Shown: in pieces, positions 39,905 through 49,371 of the stretch
Numbering within the stretch: the first letter of the stretch is position 1
Layout of the letters: each line of letters begins with the position of its first letter
Source of the DNA: Candidatus Latescibacterota bacterium
Lineage (GTDB): Bacteria; Latescibacterota; UBA2968; UBA8231
Assembly: GCA_965208105.1 (NCBI GenBank)
Contig: OZ242318.1
Span: forward strand, 160,001-224,000
Length of the DNA stretch: 64,000 nucleotides
Reading direction: 5' to 3'
Position numbers and translations under genes: made by a program
Notes under the pieces: generated by a model
What the model was told of the DNA's origin: nothing
The model's input: only the letters and a program-made list of their open reading frames with translations
Database searches by the model: none

Positions 39905-40513
39905 ATGGCTCACACTCTTCCCGATCTTCCCTATGGCTACGACGCGCTCGAACCTCACATCGACGCCCGTACCATGGAGATCCACCACGGCAAGCACCAC
40001 AATACCTACATCACCAACTTGAACGCCGCCCTGGAAGGGCATTCCGGCCTCGCGGCAAGGGGCATAGATGACCTCATCGCCGATCTGGATTCCGTCCCCG
40101 AAGATATCCGCACCGCGGTGCGCAACAACGGGGGCGGCCACGCCAATCACAGCCTGTTCTGGACCGTCATGAGCGGCAGCGGCGGGTCCCCGAGCGCGGA
40201 CCTCGCGGCCGCCATCGACAGCGACCTGGGCGGCATGGATTCCTTCAAGGAAAAATTCTCCACGGCCGGGACCACGCGCTTCGGCAGCGGCTGGGCCTGG
40301 CTGGTGGTCAAGGGAGGCAGCCTCGATGTGCTCAGCACTCCCAACCAGGACAACCCGGTCATGAGCGGAGACGGCACGCCCATCCTCGGCCTGGACGTCT
40401 GGGAGCACGCCTACTATTTGAACTACCAGAATCGCCGACCGGACTATATCGCGGCCTGGTGGAATGTGGTCAACTGGGACGAAGTGTCGTCGCGCTTCGC
40501 CGCCGCGAAATAG
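39905..40513 (+). CDS. sodA: Superoxide dismutase, Mn-type
   Basis: [20 protein letters not shown] and DVWEHAYY motifs. Confidence 0.93.
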   Translation: MAHTLPDLPYGYDALEPHIDARTMEIHHGKHHNTYITNLNAALEGHSGLAARGIDDLIADLDSVPEDIRTAVRNNGGGHANHSLFWTVMSGSGGSPSADLAAAIDSDLGGMDSFKEKFSTAGTTRFGSGWAWLVVKGGSLDVLSTPNQDNPVMSGDGTPILGLDVWEHAYYLNYQNRRPDYIAAWWNVVNWDEVSSRFAAAK

Positions 40514-40528
40514 ATTAGGAGGCCATAA

Positions 40529-40996
40529 ATGACTCTGCAAGTGGGGGATAAAGCCCCTGATTTCACTCTCAAGAACACCGATATGGAAGATGTCAGCCTG
40601 AGTTCCTTCCAGGGTAGGAACGTGGTCCTGCTCTTCGTTCCGCTGGCCTTCACCGGCGTGTGCACCGAGGAGCTGTGCGAGGTGTCTCAGGGTCTCAACA
40701 CCTATGGCGAGCTGGGCGCCGAAGTCCTGGGAATTAGCGTGGACAGCCCCTTCAGTCTGCAGGCCTGGGCCGCCAAGGAGGGAATCTCCTTGACCCTGTT
40801 GAGCGATTTCAACAAGGAGGTTTCCGCGGCCTACGGGGCCCAGTACGAGGACCTTATCGGATTCAAGGGGGTGGCCAAGCGTTCCGCCTTCGTGGTCGAC
40901 CGGCAGGGGGTTGTGCGCTACGCCTCCATATCCGACGACCCCAAGGTTCTTCCCGACTTTCAGGCTGTCAAAGCCTGCCTTCAGTCATTGAACTGA
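40529..40996 (+). CDS. Peroxiredoxin (AhpC/TSA, AhpE-like)
   Basis: [21 protein letters not shown] and LLSDFN motifs. Confidence 0.9.
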   Translation: MTLQVGDKAPDFTLKNTDMEDVSLSSFQGRNVVLLFVPLAFTGVCTEELCEVSQGLNTYGELGAEVLGISVDSPFSLQAWAAKEGISLTLLSDFNKEVSAAYGAQYEDLIGFKGVAKRSAFVVDRQGVVRYASISDDPKVLPDFQAVKACLQSLN

Positions 40997-41093
40997 TCGC
41001 AGGCAGGGCCTCTGATGGCCGGGGGGCTGCCGCTCCCCGGTTTCCGCTCCCCAGCAGATAATCGAAATCTACCCGGGACTGGTAAATTCAATC

Positions 41094-42485
41094 ATGTCCG
41101 AGCAGCGCGATTCGGTATCCACCTTGATCCCCGCCGCTCACAAACCGGTGGCGGACGAGGCCAGGTTGCGGCACAGGGAACTGCGCGACGACGAATACTG
41201 GCGACGCATTCCGACCTACGCCGACCTGAGTGCAGATGAGTTTCACGACCACCGCTTCCAGGCGCGCAACAGCATCACCAGCCTGACCAAGCTGCGGCGG
41301 GTGGTGGGCGACCTTGTCTCTCCTTCCTTCTACGACGATGTAGCCCTGGGCTTGCAGCGCTCGACCATGAGCCTGCGCCTGTCTCCCTATGTCGTCAGTC
41401 TCATCGATTGGGAGGACCCCTACGGCGACCCCCTGCGGATCCAGTTTCTCCCCGTGGCTTCCAGGTTCCTGCCCGATCATCCGGAGCTGGTATTCGATGC
41501 TCTCCACGAACAGATCGATTCACCCGTACCCGGGCTGACCCACCGCTATCTCGACAGGGCCCTCTTCCTCGCCCTGGACACCTGTCCGGTCTACTGCCGG
41601 TTCTGCACCCGGTCCTACGCCGTGGGGCTGGATACGGAAGACGTGGAGAAGGTTCACTTCGGAGCAAACCGGGAGCGCTGGGAGCAGGTATTCGCCTATG
41701 TAGCCAGCCGCCCGGAGTTGGAGGATATCGTCGTCAGCGGCGGCGATGTGGCCAATCTGAAGGCGGAGCACATGGAGTACATCGGCATGACCCTGCTGGA
41801 AATGGATCAGATCCGCAGGCTTCGTTTCGCCACGAAGGGGCCCGCCATCATGCCCCAGAAGCTGGTTACGGACGACGACTGGGTGGACGCCCTGTCCCGG
41901 GTGGTCGAAGCGGGACGGAAGCGATGCAAGGAGGTGGTTCTCCACACCCATTTCAATCATCCGAACGAAATAACCTGGATATCCTCCGTGGGGTTGAACC
42001 GGATGATGCGGCGCGGGATCACCATGCGCAACCAGACAGTTCTGCAGCGGGGTGTGAACGACTGCCCCGAGACCATGAGATTGCTGGTGCGTCGTCTCAG
42101 CTACGTCAATGTACAGCCCTACTATGTTTTCGTTCACGATATGGTAAAAGGCGTAGAAGACCTGCGCACTCCCCTGGCTACCGCCCTTACCCTCGAAAAG
42201 GAGGTGCGCGGCATCACCGCAGGATTCAACACTCCGACCTTCGTGCTTGACACCATGGGCGGCGGCGGCAAGCGCGACGTGCATTCCTTCGAACACTACG
42301 ACCGCGACAATGGGATTTCGGTGTTCACCAGTCCCGCAGTTCGTCCGGACGAGTTGTTCTTCTACTTCGACCCCATCAATTCCCTGGCCGCCGAAGCACA
42401 AGAGCGATGGCAGGACGCAGAACTGCGGGCTGCCATGCTTGAATCTGCACGTGCCGAGGCGGTCGCGAAGAGTCATCAGGGATAG
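41094..42485 (+). CDS. KamA-family radical SAM aminomutase
   Basis: SPVPGLTHRY, CPVYCRFC, HFNHPNE and GGGGK (PLP Lys). Confidence 0.9.
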   Translation: MSEQRDSVSTLIPAAHKPVADEARLRHRELRDDEYWRRIPTYADLSADEFHDHRFQARNSITSLTKLRRVVGDLVSPSFYDDVALGLQRSTMSLRLSPYVVSLIDWEDPYGDPLRIQFLPVASRFLPDHPELVFDALHEQIDSPVPGLTHRYLDRALFLALDTCPVYCRFCTRSYAVGLDTEDVEKVHFGANRERWEQVFAYVASRPELEDIVVSGGDVANLKAEHMEYIGMTLLEMDQIRRLRFATKGPAIMPQKLVTDDDWVDALSRVVEAGRKRCKEVVLHTHFNHPNEITWISSVGLNRMMRRGITMRNQTVLQRGVNDCPETMRLLVRRLSYVNVQPYYVFVHDMVKGVEDLRTPLATALTLEKEVRGITAGFNTPTFVLDTMGGGGKRDVHSFEHYDRDNGISVFTSPAVRPDELFFYFDPINSLAAEAQERWQDAELRAAMLESARAEAVAKSHQG

Positions 42486-42643
42486 AGAAGAGAAAACCGG
42501 GCCGGCATGGGTCCGGGCATTTCTCTCCTGCATCTCCGAAGATTGGTTGACGTTGCCAGGATGTGTTCTCCGTCCGTTGGCGGAGGGCGGGGCGCGGTGT
42601 TCGATCAACCGCCTTTCCCGACGGCTTCCAGAGGTCAGAAGAC

Positions 42644-44296
42644 ATGGCATACAGCGATTTAACACTATGGGTGAGCGGTCTCGGCTTTGTGGTTCTGGGT
42701 CTCGCGCTTGGGTATTTCGTCAGCTTCTGGTTGCGCAAGAACAGTTTGGAGCAGCAGAAGAAGGACTCCGAAAAGGAGATTCTGCGGCGCCTGAGCGAAG
42801 AGGACCGGGTGCAGCGCCTGGGCTTTCTCGAGGAAAAGGACCGTTGGTACAAGCTCCAGTCGCAGCAGGAGAGGAAGCTGGAAAACAGGGAGCTTGACAT
42901 GAACCGGCGTGACAAGGTCCTGAACGGCCAGAGCCGGGAGGTACGCGACGAGCAGGAAGATGTGCGCAAGAGATGGGCTCGTCTCAAAGGGCAGGAGAAG
43001 CGGGTCGAAGCGCGTGAGAAGACTGTGCAGAAGGTCGACGAGGACCTGAAAAGGACTCTGGCGGCCTATCGCCAGCGCCTGGAGATGGTGGCCAACATGA
43101 CCGCCGAGGAGGCCAAGGGACAGCTGCTGGAACACCTGTCCGACGATGTGCGCGCCCGCTCTGCCGCCATGATCCGGGCCGAGCGTGCCCGGGCGAAGGA
43201 AGAGTCGGAGCAGGAGGCAAAGAAGATCATCTCGCAGGCCATCCAGCGCTGCGCCGTCGACGAGGCGGTTCAGGTGTCGACTTCCTCCGTGTCTCTTCCC
43301 AACGAAGGGATAAAGAGCCGCATCATCGGCAAGGAAGGCCGCAATGTGCGGGCTTTCGAATCGGCGACCGGGGTCAAGGTCGTGGTGGACGACTCGCCCG
43401 AAACGGTTCTGCTTTCCTCATTCGATCCAGCCAAGCGCGAGGTAGCGGCCATGGCCATGAAGCGCCTTATCGCCGCCGGAGGCTTCGCTCCCGGACGCAT
43501 CGAGGAAGTGGTGGCAGAGTGCAAGAATGCCATGGAAGAGGATATCGTCAAAGCGGGAAAGAAGGCCCTCGCCGAAGTCGGTGCCGCCGAAGTGCATCCC
43601 GAGCTGCCGCGCTATGTGGGCATGCTGAAGTACAGGGCCAGCCTGGGGCAGAACCTGCTGCAGCACTGCCTCGAAGTGGCCAAGCTCGCGGGGACCATGG
43701 CGGCCGAGATAGGTCTCGACGTGCCTCTCGCGCGGCGCGCGGGATTGCTTCACGATATCGGCAAGACCCTCAGCCGCGAGATGGAAGGTTCCCACGTGGA
43801 ACTGGGAATCGAGCTGTCGGATCGCTTCAACGAGCATCCGGTGGTCAAGGAGGTCATCGCCGAGCATCACGAAGACCTCGACAGCCAGTCCCCCATCTGC
43901 TTCGTCGTCAAGGCAGCCGACACCATATCATCCATCCGGCCGGGTGGCAGGCGCGAGGACCTGGAAGGGTACGCCCGGCGCATCATGCGCCTGGAGGAGA
44001 TCGCGCACTCCTTCGAGGGGGTGCGCGACGTGTACGCCATCAACGCCGGCCGCGAGATCCGCGTCATGGTGAAAGGCGACCACATAGGTGACGACGATTC
44101 CGAGATGCTGGCCTTCGACATAGCCGAGCGGGTCAAGAACGAACTGACCTTCGCCGGCCAGGTGAAGGTCATGGTGGTGCGGGAGACCCGGGCGGTGCGC
44201 TACAGCGGCCGCGGCCATCACCGGCGGGGACGCGGCTCGGGAGGAAGGCGCTCGCGTCCCTCGCGGCGCAACCGCAGCGCGGTCGCCCAGAATTGA
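42644..44296 (+). CDS. rny: Ribonuclease Y
   Basis: N-terminal TM, coiled coil, KH domain (RIIGKEGRN) and HD domain (LLHDIGK). Confidence 0.92.
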   Translation: MAYSDLTLWVSGLGFVVLGLALGYFVSFWLRKNSLEQQKKDSEKEILRRLSEEDRVQRLGFLEEKDRWYKLQSQQERKLENRELDMNRRDKVLNGQSREVRDEQEDVRKRWARLKGQEKRVEAREKTVQKVDEDLKRTLAAYRQRLEMVANMTAEEAKGQLLEHLSDDVRARSAAMIRAERARAKEESEQEAKKIISQAIQRCAVDEAVQVSTSSVSLPNEGIKSRIIGKEGRNVRAFESATGVKVVVDDSPETVLLSSFDPAKREVAAMAMKRLIAAGGFAPGRIEEVVAECKNAMEEDIVKAGKKALAEVGAAEVHPELPRYVGMLKYRASLGQNLLQHCLEVAKLAGTMAAEIGLDVPLARRAGLLHDIGKTLSREMEGSHVELGIELSDRFNEHPVVKEVIAEHHEDLDSQSPICFVVKAADTISSIRPGGRREDLEGYARRIMRLEEIAHSFEGVRDVYAINAGREIRVMVKGDHIGDDDSEMLAFDIAERVKNELTFAGQVKVMVVRETRAVRYSGRGHHRRGRGSGGRRSRPSRRNRSAVAQN

Positions 44297-44387
44297 GGCG
44301 AACGGGAAAACCGCCTGGCACCATGCCAGCCTGGACGGACAGGTTCCGTTCCTGCTGCGATCTCAGGCGTTGAAGACTGGGAATACT

Positions 44388-45551
44388 GTGGCCAAAAAGA
44401 TCGTCATCCTCGGCTCCACGGGCTCGATCGGGGATACTGCCTTCAAGGTCCTGCGCGGGCTCGGCCCCGGGTATCGCGTCATCGGGCTGGGCGCGGGCAG
44501 GCAGGTGGAGAAGTTGCTGCGGCAGGTCGAGGTCTGGGGTCCTCGATGCGTGGGCGTGGCGGCAGGCGAGCAGGCGGACCTGGTTAGGCGGCGGATGCAG
44601 GGGCTCGAGGTCGTATCCGGTTCGCAGGGCTTGGTGGAGCTTGCCACCATGGATGAGGCGGATATTGTCCTCAACGCCCTGGTGGGCGCCGTGGGCCTGG
44701 AGCCCACGGTAGCCGCGCTCGAAGCCGGCAAGGTGGTGGCCATGGCCAACAAGGAGCCTCTGGTCATGGCCGGCGGTCTGATCCTGGAGAAGGCGCGGGC
44801 CTGCGGAGGGACTCTGCTGCCTGTCGACAGCGAGCCGAACGCCCTGTGGCAGTGCCTCAAGGGCGAGCGCAGCCGGGACGTGCAACGCCTGATCCTCACA
44901 GCTTCGGGCGGACCTTTCTTCGGCAGGACCCGGGTTCAGATGGCTGCGGTTACTCCGGAGCAGGCGCTGGAGCACCCCACCTGGAGGATGGGGCCGAAGA
45001 TCACGGTAGATTCGGCGACCCTGATGAACAAGGGGTTCGAGGCCATCGAGGCCGGTTGGCTGTTCGGAGTGAGTATCGACCAGGTCGAGGTGGTGGTCCA
45101 CCGCGAGTCGACGGTGCACTCCATGGTGGAGTTCGTCGACGGTTCCATACTCGCCCACCTGGGCAGGACGGACATGCAGCTGCCCATCCAGTACGCCCTG
45201 ACCCATCCCGAGCGCCGGTCCACCGCCCTGGAGAAGCTCGACCTGGTGGAACTGGGTAGGTTGAGTTTTGCGGCGCCCGACTGGGAAAATTTTCCCTGCC
45301 TGGAGTTGTGCTGCCGGGCCGGACGCGCCGGGGGAGTGGTGCCGGCCGCTCTCAACGCGGCCAATGAGGTCGCCGTGGACGCCTTCCTGTCGGGCAGGAT
45401 CGGCTTTCTGGATATCGCCGCCATCAACGAGCGCTTGGTCGAGGCTTGCGACCCGGCGCCGGCGGATTCCCTCGAGGCCGTATTCGAGGCGGACCGCTGG
45501 GCGCGGAGCCTCGCCCGCGAGTTGACGAGTCGGGCCGCCGTTAGCAATTGA
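44388..45551 (+). CDS. dxr: 1-deoxy-D-xylulose-5-phosphate reductoisomerase
   Basis: LGSTGSIG, ANKE, LPVDSE, HPTWRMG and NAANE motifs. Confidence 0.95.
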   Translation: MAKKIVILGSTGSIGDTAFKVLRGLGPGYRVIGLGAGRQVEKLLRQVEVWGPRCVGVAAGEQADLVRRRMQGLEVVSGSQGLVELATMDEADIVLNALVGAVGLEPTVAALEAGKVVAMANKEPLVMAGGLILEKARACGGTLLPVDSEPNALWQCLKGERSRDVQRLILTASGGPFFGRTRVQMAAVTPEQALEHPTWRMGPKITVDSATLMNKGFEAIEAGWLFGVSIDQVEVVVHRESTVHSMVEFVDGSILAHLGRTDMQLPIQYALTHPERRSTALEKLDLVELGRLSFAAPDWENFPCLELCCRAGRAGGVVPAALNAANEVAVDAFLSGRIGFLDIAAINERLVEACDPAPADSLEAVFEADRWARSLARELTSRAAVSN

Positions 45552-45573
45552 GAGGGGAACAGGTCTTCAGCCC

Positions 45574-45837
45574 ATGGAAAATCCGCAGAACGGCCAAAAG
45601 GACTACGAGAAAATCGCGGCGAATTGCCAGCGGGTACTGCGCCTGACCACGGGGTTGTTCCTGACAGCCTTCGTTCTGATCATTGCCATGACCTCATTTT
45701 CAACCGGGCTCTACGTGAGGCTCGCCGCCAAGGCGCTCTACTTCGTCATTCTGATTTCGGCACTGACTTCCATTGCAGTGTGGATCTATCGCAACAGGAC
45801 GGAGAAGCGCTGGCGCATTTCCTCCCGCATCATCTAG
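45574..45837 (+). CDS. Small two-TM hypothetical protein
   Basis: 87 aa with two hydrophobic helices; stop codon coincides with the MITE end. Confidence 0.6.
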   Translation: MENPQNGQKDYEKIAANCQRVLRLTTGLFLTAFVLIIAMTSFSTGLYVRLAAKALYFVILISALTSIAVWIYRNRTEKRWRISSRII

Positions 45838-45997
45838 GTCCCGTCGCAGAAATATGTCGCCATTTTTCCACCGATCCATCCCGGCTCACGGCGTTGCCTT
45901 CGCTCGCCGTACACCACCGGTACGACTCGCTCAGGCGCCTTGTGAGCCTGGCGCCTCGGCGGCCCAATTGCGTCAACCTATCTCTGCGGCGGGACAC
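45837..45997 (+). mobile_element. MITE-like repeat, family A copy 3
   Basis: Same sequence as copy 1 with a 1-bp deletion in the left TIR (GGTCCC); TA flanks. Confidence 0.88.
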
Positions 45998-46003
45998 TAG
46001 GTC

Positions 46004-46444
46004 ATGGAAACCATCGAGGCACATGGCAGGTTCCACGCCGCCCATCGCCAACTGGGATACGAGGGAAAGTGCGCCTTCGTCCACGGACATACCTGGCGCG
46101 GCACCTTCAAGGTCAGCGCCGAGTCCTTCCCACGCGACAAGGAGCTGGACATGTCGGTGGACTTCGGCGCCCTGAAGGATATCTTCAAGGGATTGGACCA
46201 CAAAATGCTGGTCTCGGAAAACGACGGGACCTTTCTGGACCCGGAACTCTTCGAGCCCGACGGGGTGGTCGTACTGCCCGGGGGCAATCCCAGCGTGGAG
46301 AATGTCGCGCTCTATTGTTTCACCAGGGCTGCTGAAGTCCTGAAGTCGCTGTTCCCGGAGCAGCGCATCGAGTACCATCTCGAGGTGACCATACAGGAGA
46401 CCGACAGCAATTTCTTTACGCTCAAGCGGTCCCTGCTCGTTTGA
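46004..46444 (+). CDS. 6-carboxytetrahydropterin synthase (QueD/PTPS family)
   Basis: FHAAH, CAFVHGH, VDFG, LDH, NPSVEN and QET motifs. Confidence 0.85.
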   Translation: METIEAHGRFHAAHRQLGYEGKCAFVHGHTWRGTFKVSAESFPRDKELDMSVDFGALKDIFKGLDHKMLVSENDGTFLDPELFEPDGVVVLPGGNPSVENVALYCFTRAAEVLKSLFPEQRIEYHLEVTIQETDSNFFTLKRSLLV

Positions 46445-46626
46445 ATCGCTTGGGAAGCCTCGAGGCCGGGTGGCTGATGGCGGGCAGATTCCGCATGTAG
46501 CTGGAAATCCGCGGCTCGATGGGCCTCCCCGTCGAGCCGGCCTTCCCATCATTCCCCTGGAACCCGGGCCCATGCGGCCTGGCGCATCCCGGCAGGAATG
46601 GAGTTAATCGAGAGAAGGCAGCTTCT

Positions 46627-46905
46627 ATGGCAAAAGAACGGTTGATGACCGCCGGGGAAGTGGCCTCCTACCTGCGCTGCTCCCTTTCCACCGTGCGCAG
46701 GATGGTGCGGCGCGACATGGTCCCCCACTATCGCCTCGGAAAACTGCTGCGCTTCCGCCGCAGCGAAATCGACGCCTGGCTCGCCTTTCACCACGGGGGA
46801 GAACAGCTTCCCGAAGCCAGGTCTTCCAGCGCCAATCCCAACCAGCTTTCCCTTTTCGGCTCCGAACAGAATCTTTCCTCAGACTCCCTGGCTGAAGGGC
46901 AGTAG
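46627..46905 (+). CDS. Excisionase-family helix-turn-helix DNA-binding protein
   Basis: LMTAGEVASYL...STVRRM...PHYRLGKLLRFRRSEIDAWL. Confidence 0.85.
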   Translation: MAKERLMTAGEVASYLRCSLSTVRRMVRRDMVPHYRLGKLLRFRRSEIDAWLAFHHGGEQLPEARSSSANPNQLSLFGSEQNLSSDSLAEGQ

Positions 46906-46919
46906 CCGGGAGATCCCCC

Positions 46920-49196
46920 TTGTCCGCAGCGTTGAAAATCGAAAAGGCGGCGGTCCTGGGCGCGGGTGTCATGGGCAGCCAGATCTCCGCCCTGCTGGCC
47001 AACGCCGGTCTTCAGGTCGACCTCCTGGACGTGCCGCAGGACGGAGATGGCACCGGTCTGGCGCGGGCGGGCATCGAGCGCTCCCTTAAAGGGCGGCCGC
47101 CCGCTTTCTTCCTGCCGTCCATGGCGCGGCGGATCGTTCCCGGCAGCCTGGAAGACCTGGACGGCCTGGCTGAGGTGGATTGGGTCATCGAGGCCATCGT
47201 CGAAGATTTGCCTGCCAAGAAGGCTCTGCTCGCCAGGGTGGACGAGGTGGCCGGACCCGACCTCGTCATCAGCAGCAATACCTCGGGATTGTCCGTCAAC
47301 GCCCTGGTCGAGGACTGCTCCGCCAACCTGAGGAAACGTTTTCTGGGGACCCATTTCTTCAACCCTCCGCGCTACATGAAACTGGTCGAAATCGTCCCGG
47401 GGGCCGATACCGACCCGGGTATGCTCGAGGGAATGAAGCGGTTCCTGCGCGAGGAGTTGGGCAAGAGCGTTGTGGAAGCGCTGGATACCCCCAACTTCAT
47501 CGCCAACCGCCTGGGAATATTCACCCTCATGGAGGCCCTGCAGCGGATGGAGCGCGAGGGACTCGGGGTCGAGGAGGTGGATGCGGCCACCGGACCCCTG
47601 CTGGGAAGGCCTGCCAGCGCGACCCTGCGGCTGTGCGATATCATCGGGCTGGATACCCTGCTGCAGGTAGCCCGCACCGGCTACGAGAACCTGCCGGAAG
47701 ACAGTGGCAGGGAGGTCATGCAGGCTCCCGGTTTTGTGCGCGGCATGGTGCGCAGGGGGTTGCTGGGGGCAAAGGCCGGAGCCGGGTTCTATCGCAAGAC
47801 GAAATCCGGGATCGATGCCCTGGACCTGGAAACCTTAAGCTACCGGGCGATGAGACCGGCGGATCTGGGTGAGCTCCGGAAGGTGGGAAAGGGTGCGGAC
47901 CTGGGTTCGCGTCTGCAGGCGGTGTGGGACGACCAGGGGAAGCTGGGGGCCTATGGCCGCGCGAATCTCCTGCAGGTGCTGGCCTACGCCGCCGACCACG
48001 CCGCCGATATGGCCTCCGACATCCTCCAGGTGGACCGCGCCATGAGGTGGGGGTTCAACTGGGAGGCGGGACCATTCGAGCTGTGGGACCTGCTGGGGGT
48101 TGAAAGGGTGGCCTCCCGCATCGAGGCGGTGGCCGGCAGGACTCCCCACCTGGCGCATCTGCTCCAGGCTGCCGAAAAAGATCGGTTCTACCGGGAGAGC
48201 TCCGGCCGTCGCTGGTTCTTTGCTCCGGCCAGGGGGGAATACGCCGCGGTGAAAGAGAGTTCCGTGCTGCCGGGCAAGGCTCGGGTTCTACTGGAGAACG
48301 AGGGGGCCCGCCTGCTCGAGATGGAGGACGGCATAGGCCTCCTGGTTCTGCAGGGCAAGATGAACGCCGTGGGTCCTGCCACCCTGGACCTGCTGCGGCG
48401 CATCGGGGAGGAGCAGCCCTGTTCCGGGCTGGTGCTGAGCGGGACGGGAGGTTTGTTCTCGGTGGGAGCGGATCTCAAGTACCTTTTGGGCCTGATCGAC
48501 AACCTCGACTGGAATGGCATCGAGTCCTTCCTGCGCGCCTTTCAGGATGCCGTCACGGGGTTGCGCTACGCCCCCTTCCCGGTGGTGGCGGCCCCGCGGG
48601 GCATGGCCCTGGGCGGGGGATGCGAGTTCTGCATGGGGTCCGACGCCAGGGTCGCTGCGGCGGAGCTGCGCATGGGCCTGGTGGAGACCCGGGTGGGGTT
48701 GATCCCGGGGGCAGGCGGTTGCATGGAGGTGGTGAGAAGCTGGACAGATGACCCCGGATCGGGGTTCGACCTGGTTTTCTCCGGCAGGATCTCCGACAAC
48801 GCGCACCAGGCCAGGGACTGGCGATTGCTTCGCCGCGAAGACCCCGTTCTCATGAGCCCCGACCGACTGCTGCCGAGGGCGCTGGAGGAAATCAGGAAAC
48901 GGGCGGCTGGCTACGATCCCCCCGTTCGCGCTCTCCTGCCCGTTGCCGGCAGCGCCGGACTCCGGGAGCTCGAGGAGCGGATGGAGTCCCGGGCCGGGGA
49001 GCTCGCCCCCTACGACCGGGTCGTGGGACGCGCCCTCGCGCGCGTCCTGTGCGGGGGAGAGGGTCCGCCGAGGCGCGTGAAGGAGCAAGAGTTGCTGGAT
49101 CTGGAGCGCGAATCCTTCCTGCATCTGTGCGGCCAGGAACAGACGCGGGCGCGAATGGCGCACATGTTGAAAACGGGCAAACCCCTGAGGAATTAG
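46920..49196 (+). CDS. fadN: 3-hydroxyacyl-CoA dehydrogenase/enoyl-CoA hydratase (FadN-type)
   Basis: GAGVMG, SSNTSG, HFFNPPRY and ALGGGCE motifs; C-terminal TGKPLRN. Confidence 0.88.
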   Translation: MSAALKIEKAAVLGAGVMGSQISALLANAGLQVDLLDVPQDGDGTGLARAGIERSLKGRPPAFFLPSMARRIVPGSLEDLDGLAEVDWVIEAIVEDLPAKKALLARVDEVAGPDLVISSNTSGLSVNALVEDCSANLRKRFLGTHFFNPPRYMKLVEIVPGADTDPGMLEGMKRFLREELGKSVVEALDTPNFIANRLGIFTLMEALQRMEREGLGVEEVDAATGPLLGRPASATLRLCDIIGLDTLLQVARTGYENLPEDSGREVMQAPGFVRGMVRRGLLGAKAGAGFYRKTKSGIDALDLETLSYRAMRPADLGELRKVGKGADLGSRLQAVWDDQGKLGAYGRANLLQVLAYAADHAADMASDILQVDRAMRWGFNWEAGPFELWDLLGVERVASRIEAVAGRTPHLAHLLQAAEKDRFYRESSGRRWFFAPARGEYAAVKESSVLPGKARVLLENEGARLLEMEDGIGLLVLQGKMNAVGPATLDLLRRIGEEQPCSGLVLSGTGGLFSVGADLKYLLGLIDNLDWNGIESFLRAFQDAVTGLRYAPFPVVAAPRGMALGGGCEFCMGSDARVAAAELRMGLVETRVGLIPGAGGCMEVVRSWTDDPGSGFDLVFSGRISDNAHQARDWRLLRREDPVLMSPDRLLPRALEEIRKRAAGYDPPVRALLPVAGSAGLRELEERMESRAGELAPYDRVVGRALARVLCGGEGPPRRVKEQELLDLERESFLHLCGQEQTRARMAHMLKTGKPLRN

Positions 49197-49358
49197 TGTC
49201 CCGTCGCAGAAATATGTCGCCATTATTGCGCCGATCCATCCCGGCTCACGGCGTTGCCTTCACTCGCCGTAGACCACGGGTTCGACTCGCTCAGGCGCCT
49301 TGTGAGCCGGGCGCCTCGGCGGCTCAATTTTCGACAACCTGTCTCTGCGACGGGACAC
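49196..49358 (+). mobile_element. MITE-like repeat, family A copy 4
   Basis: TIR GTGTCCCGTCGCAGA/TCTGCGACGGGACAC; left TAG is the fadN stop codon. Confidence 0.88.
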
Positions 49359-49371
49359 CAGGACGATATCC

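Noticed and set aside
42486-42643. 6S RNA upstream of rny
   Set aside because: No zapA upstream, and no long rod with a central bubble could be folded by eye.
5433-49358. Repeated 162-bp sequence as a CRISPR array or as the short ORFs called across it
   Set aside because: Copies are dispersed with no repeat-spacer periodicity and no cas genes. The recurring peptides (e.g. VSRRRNMSP) are just translations of the repeat.
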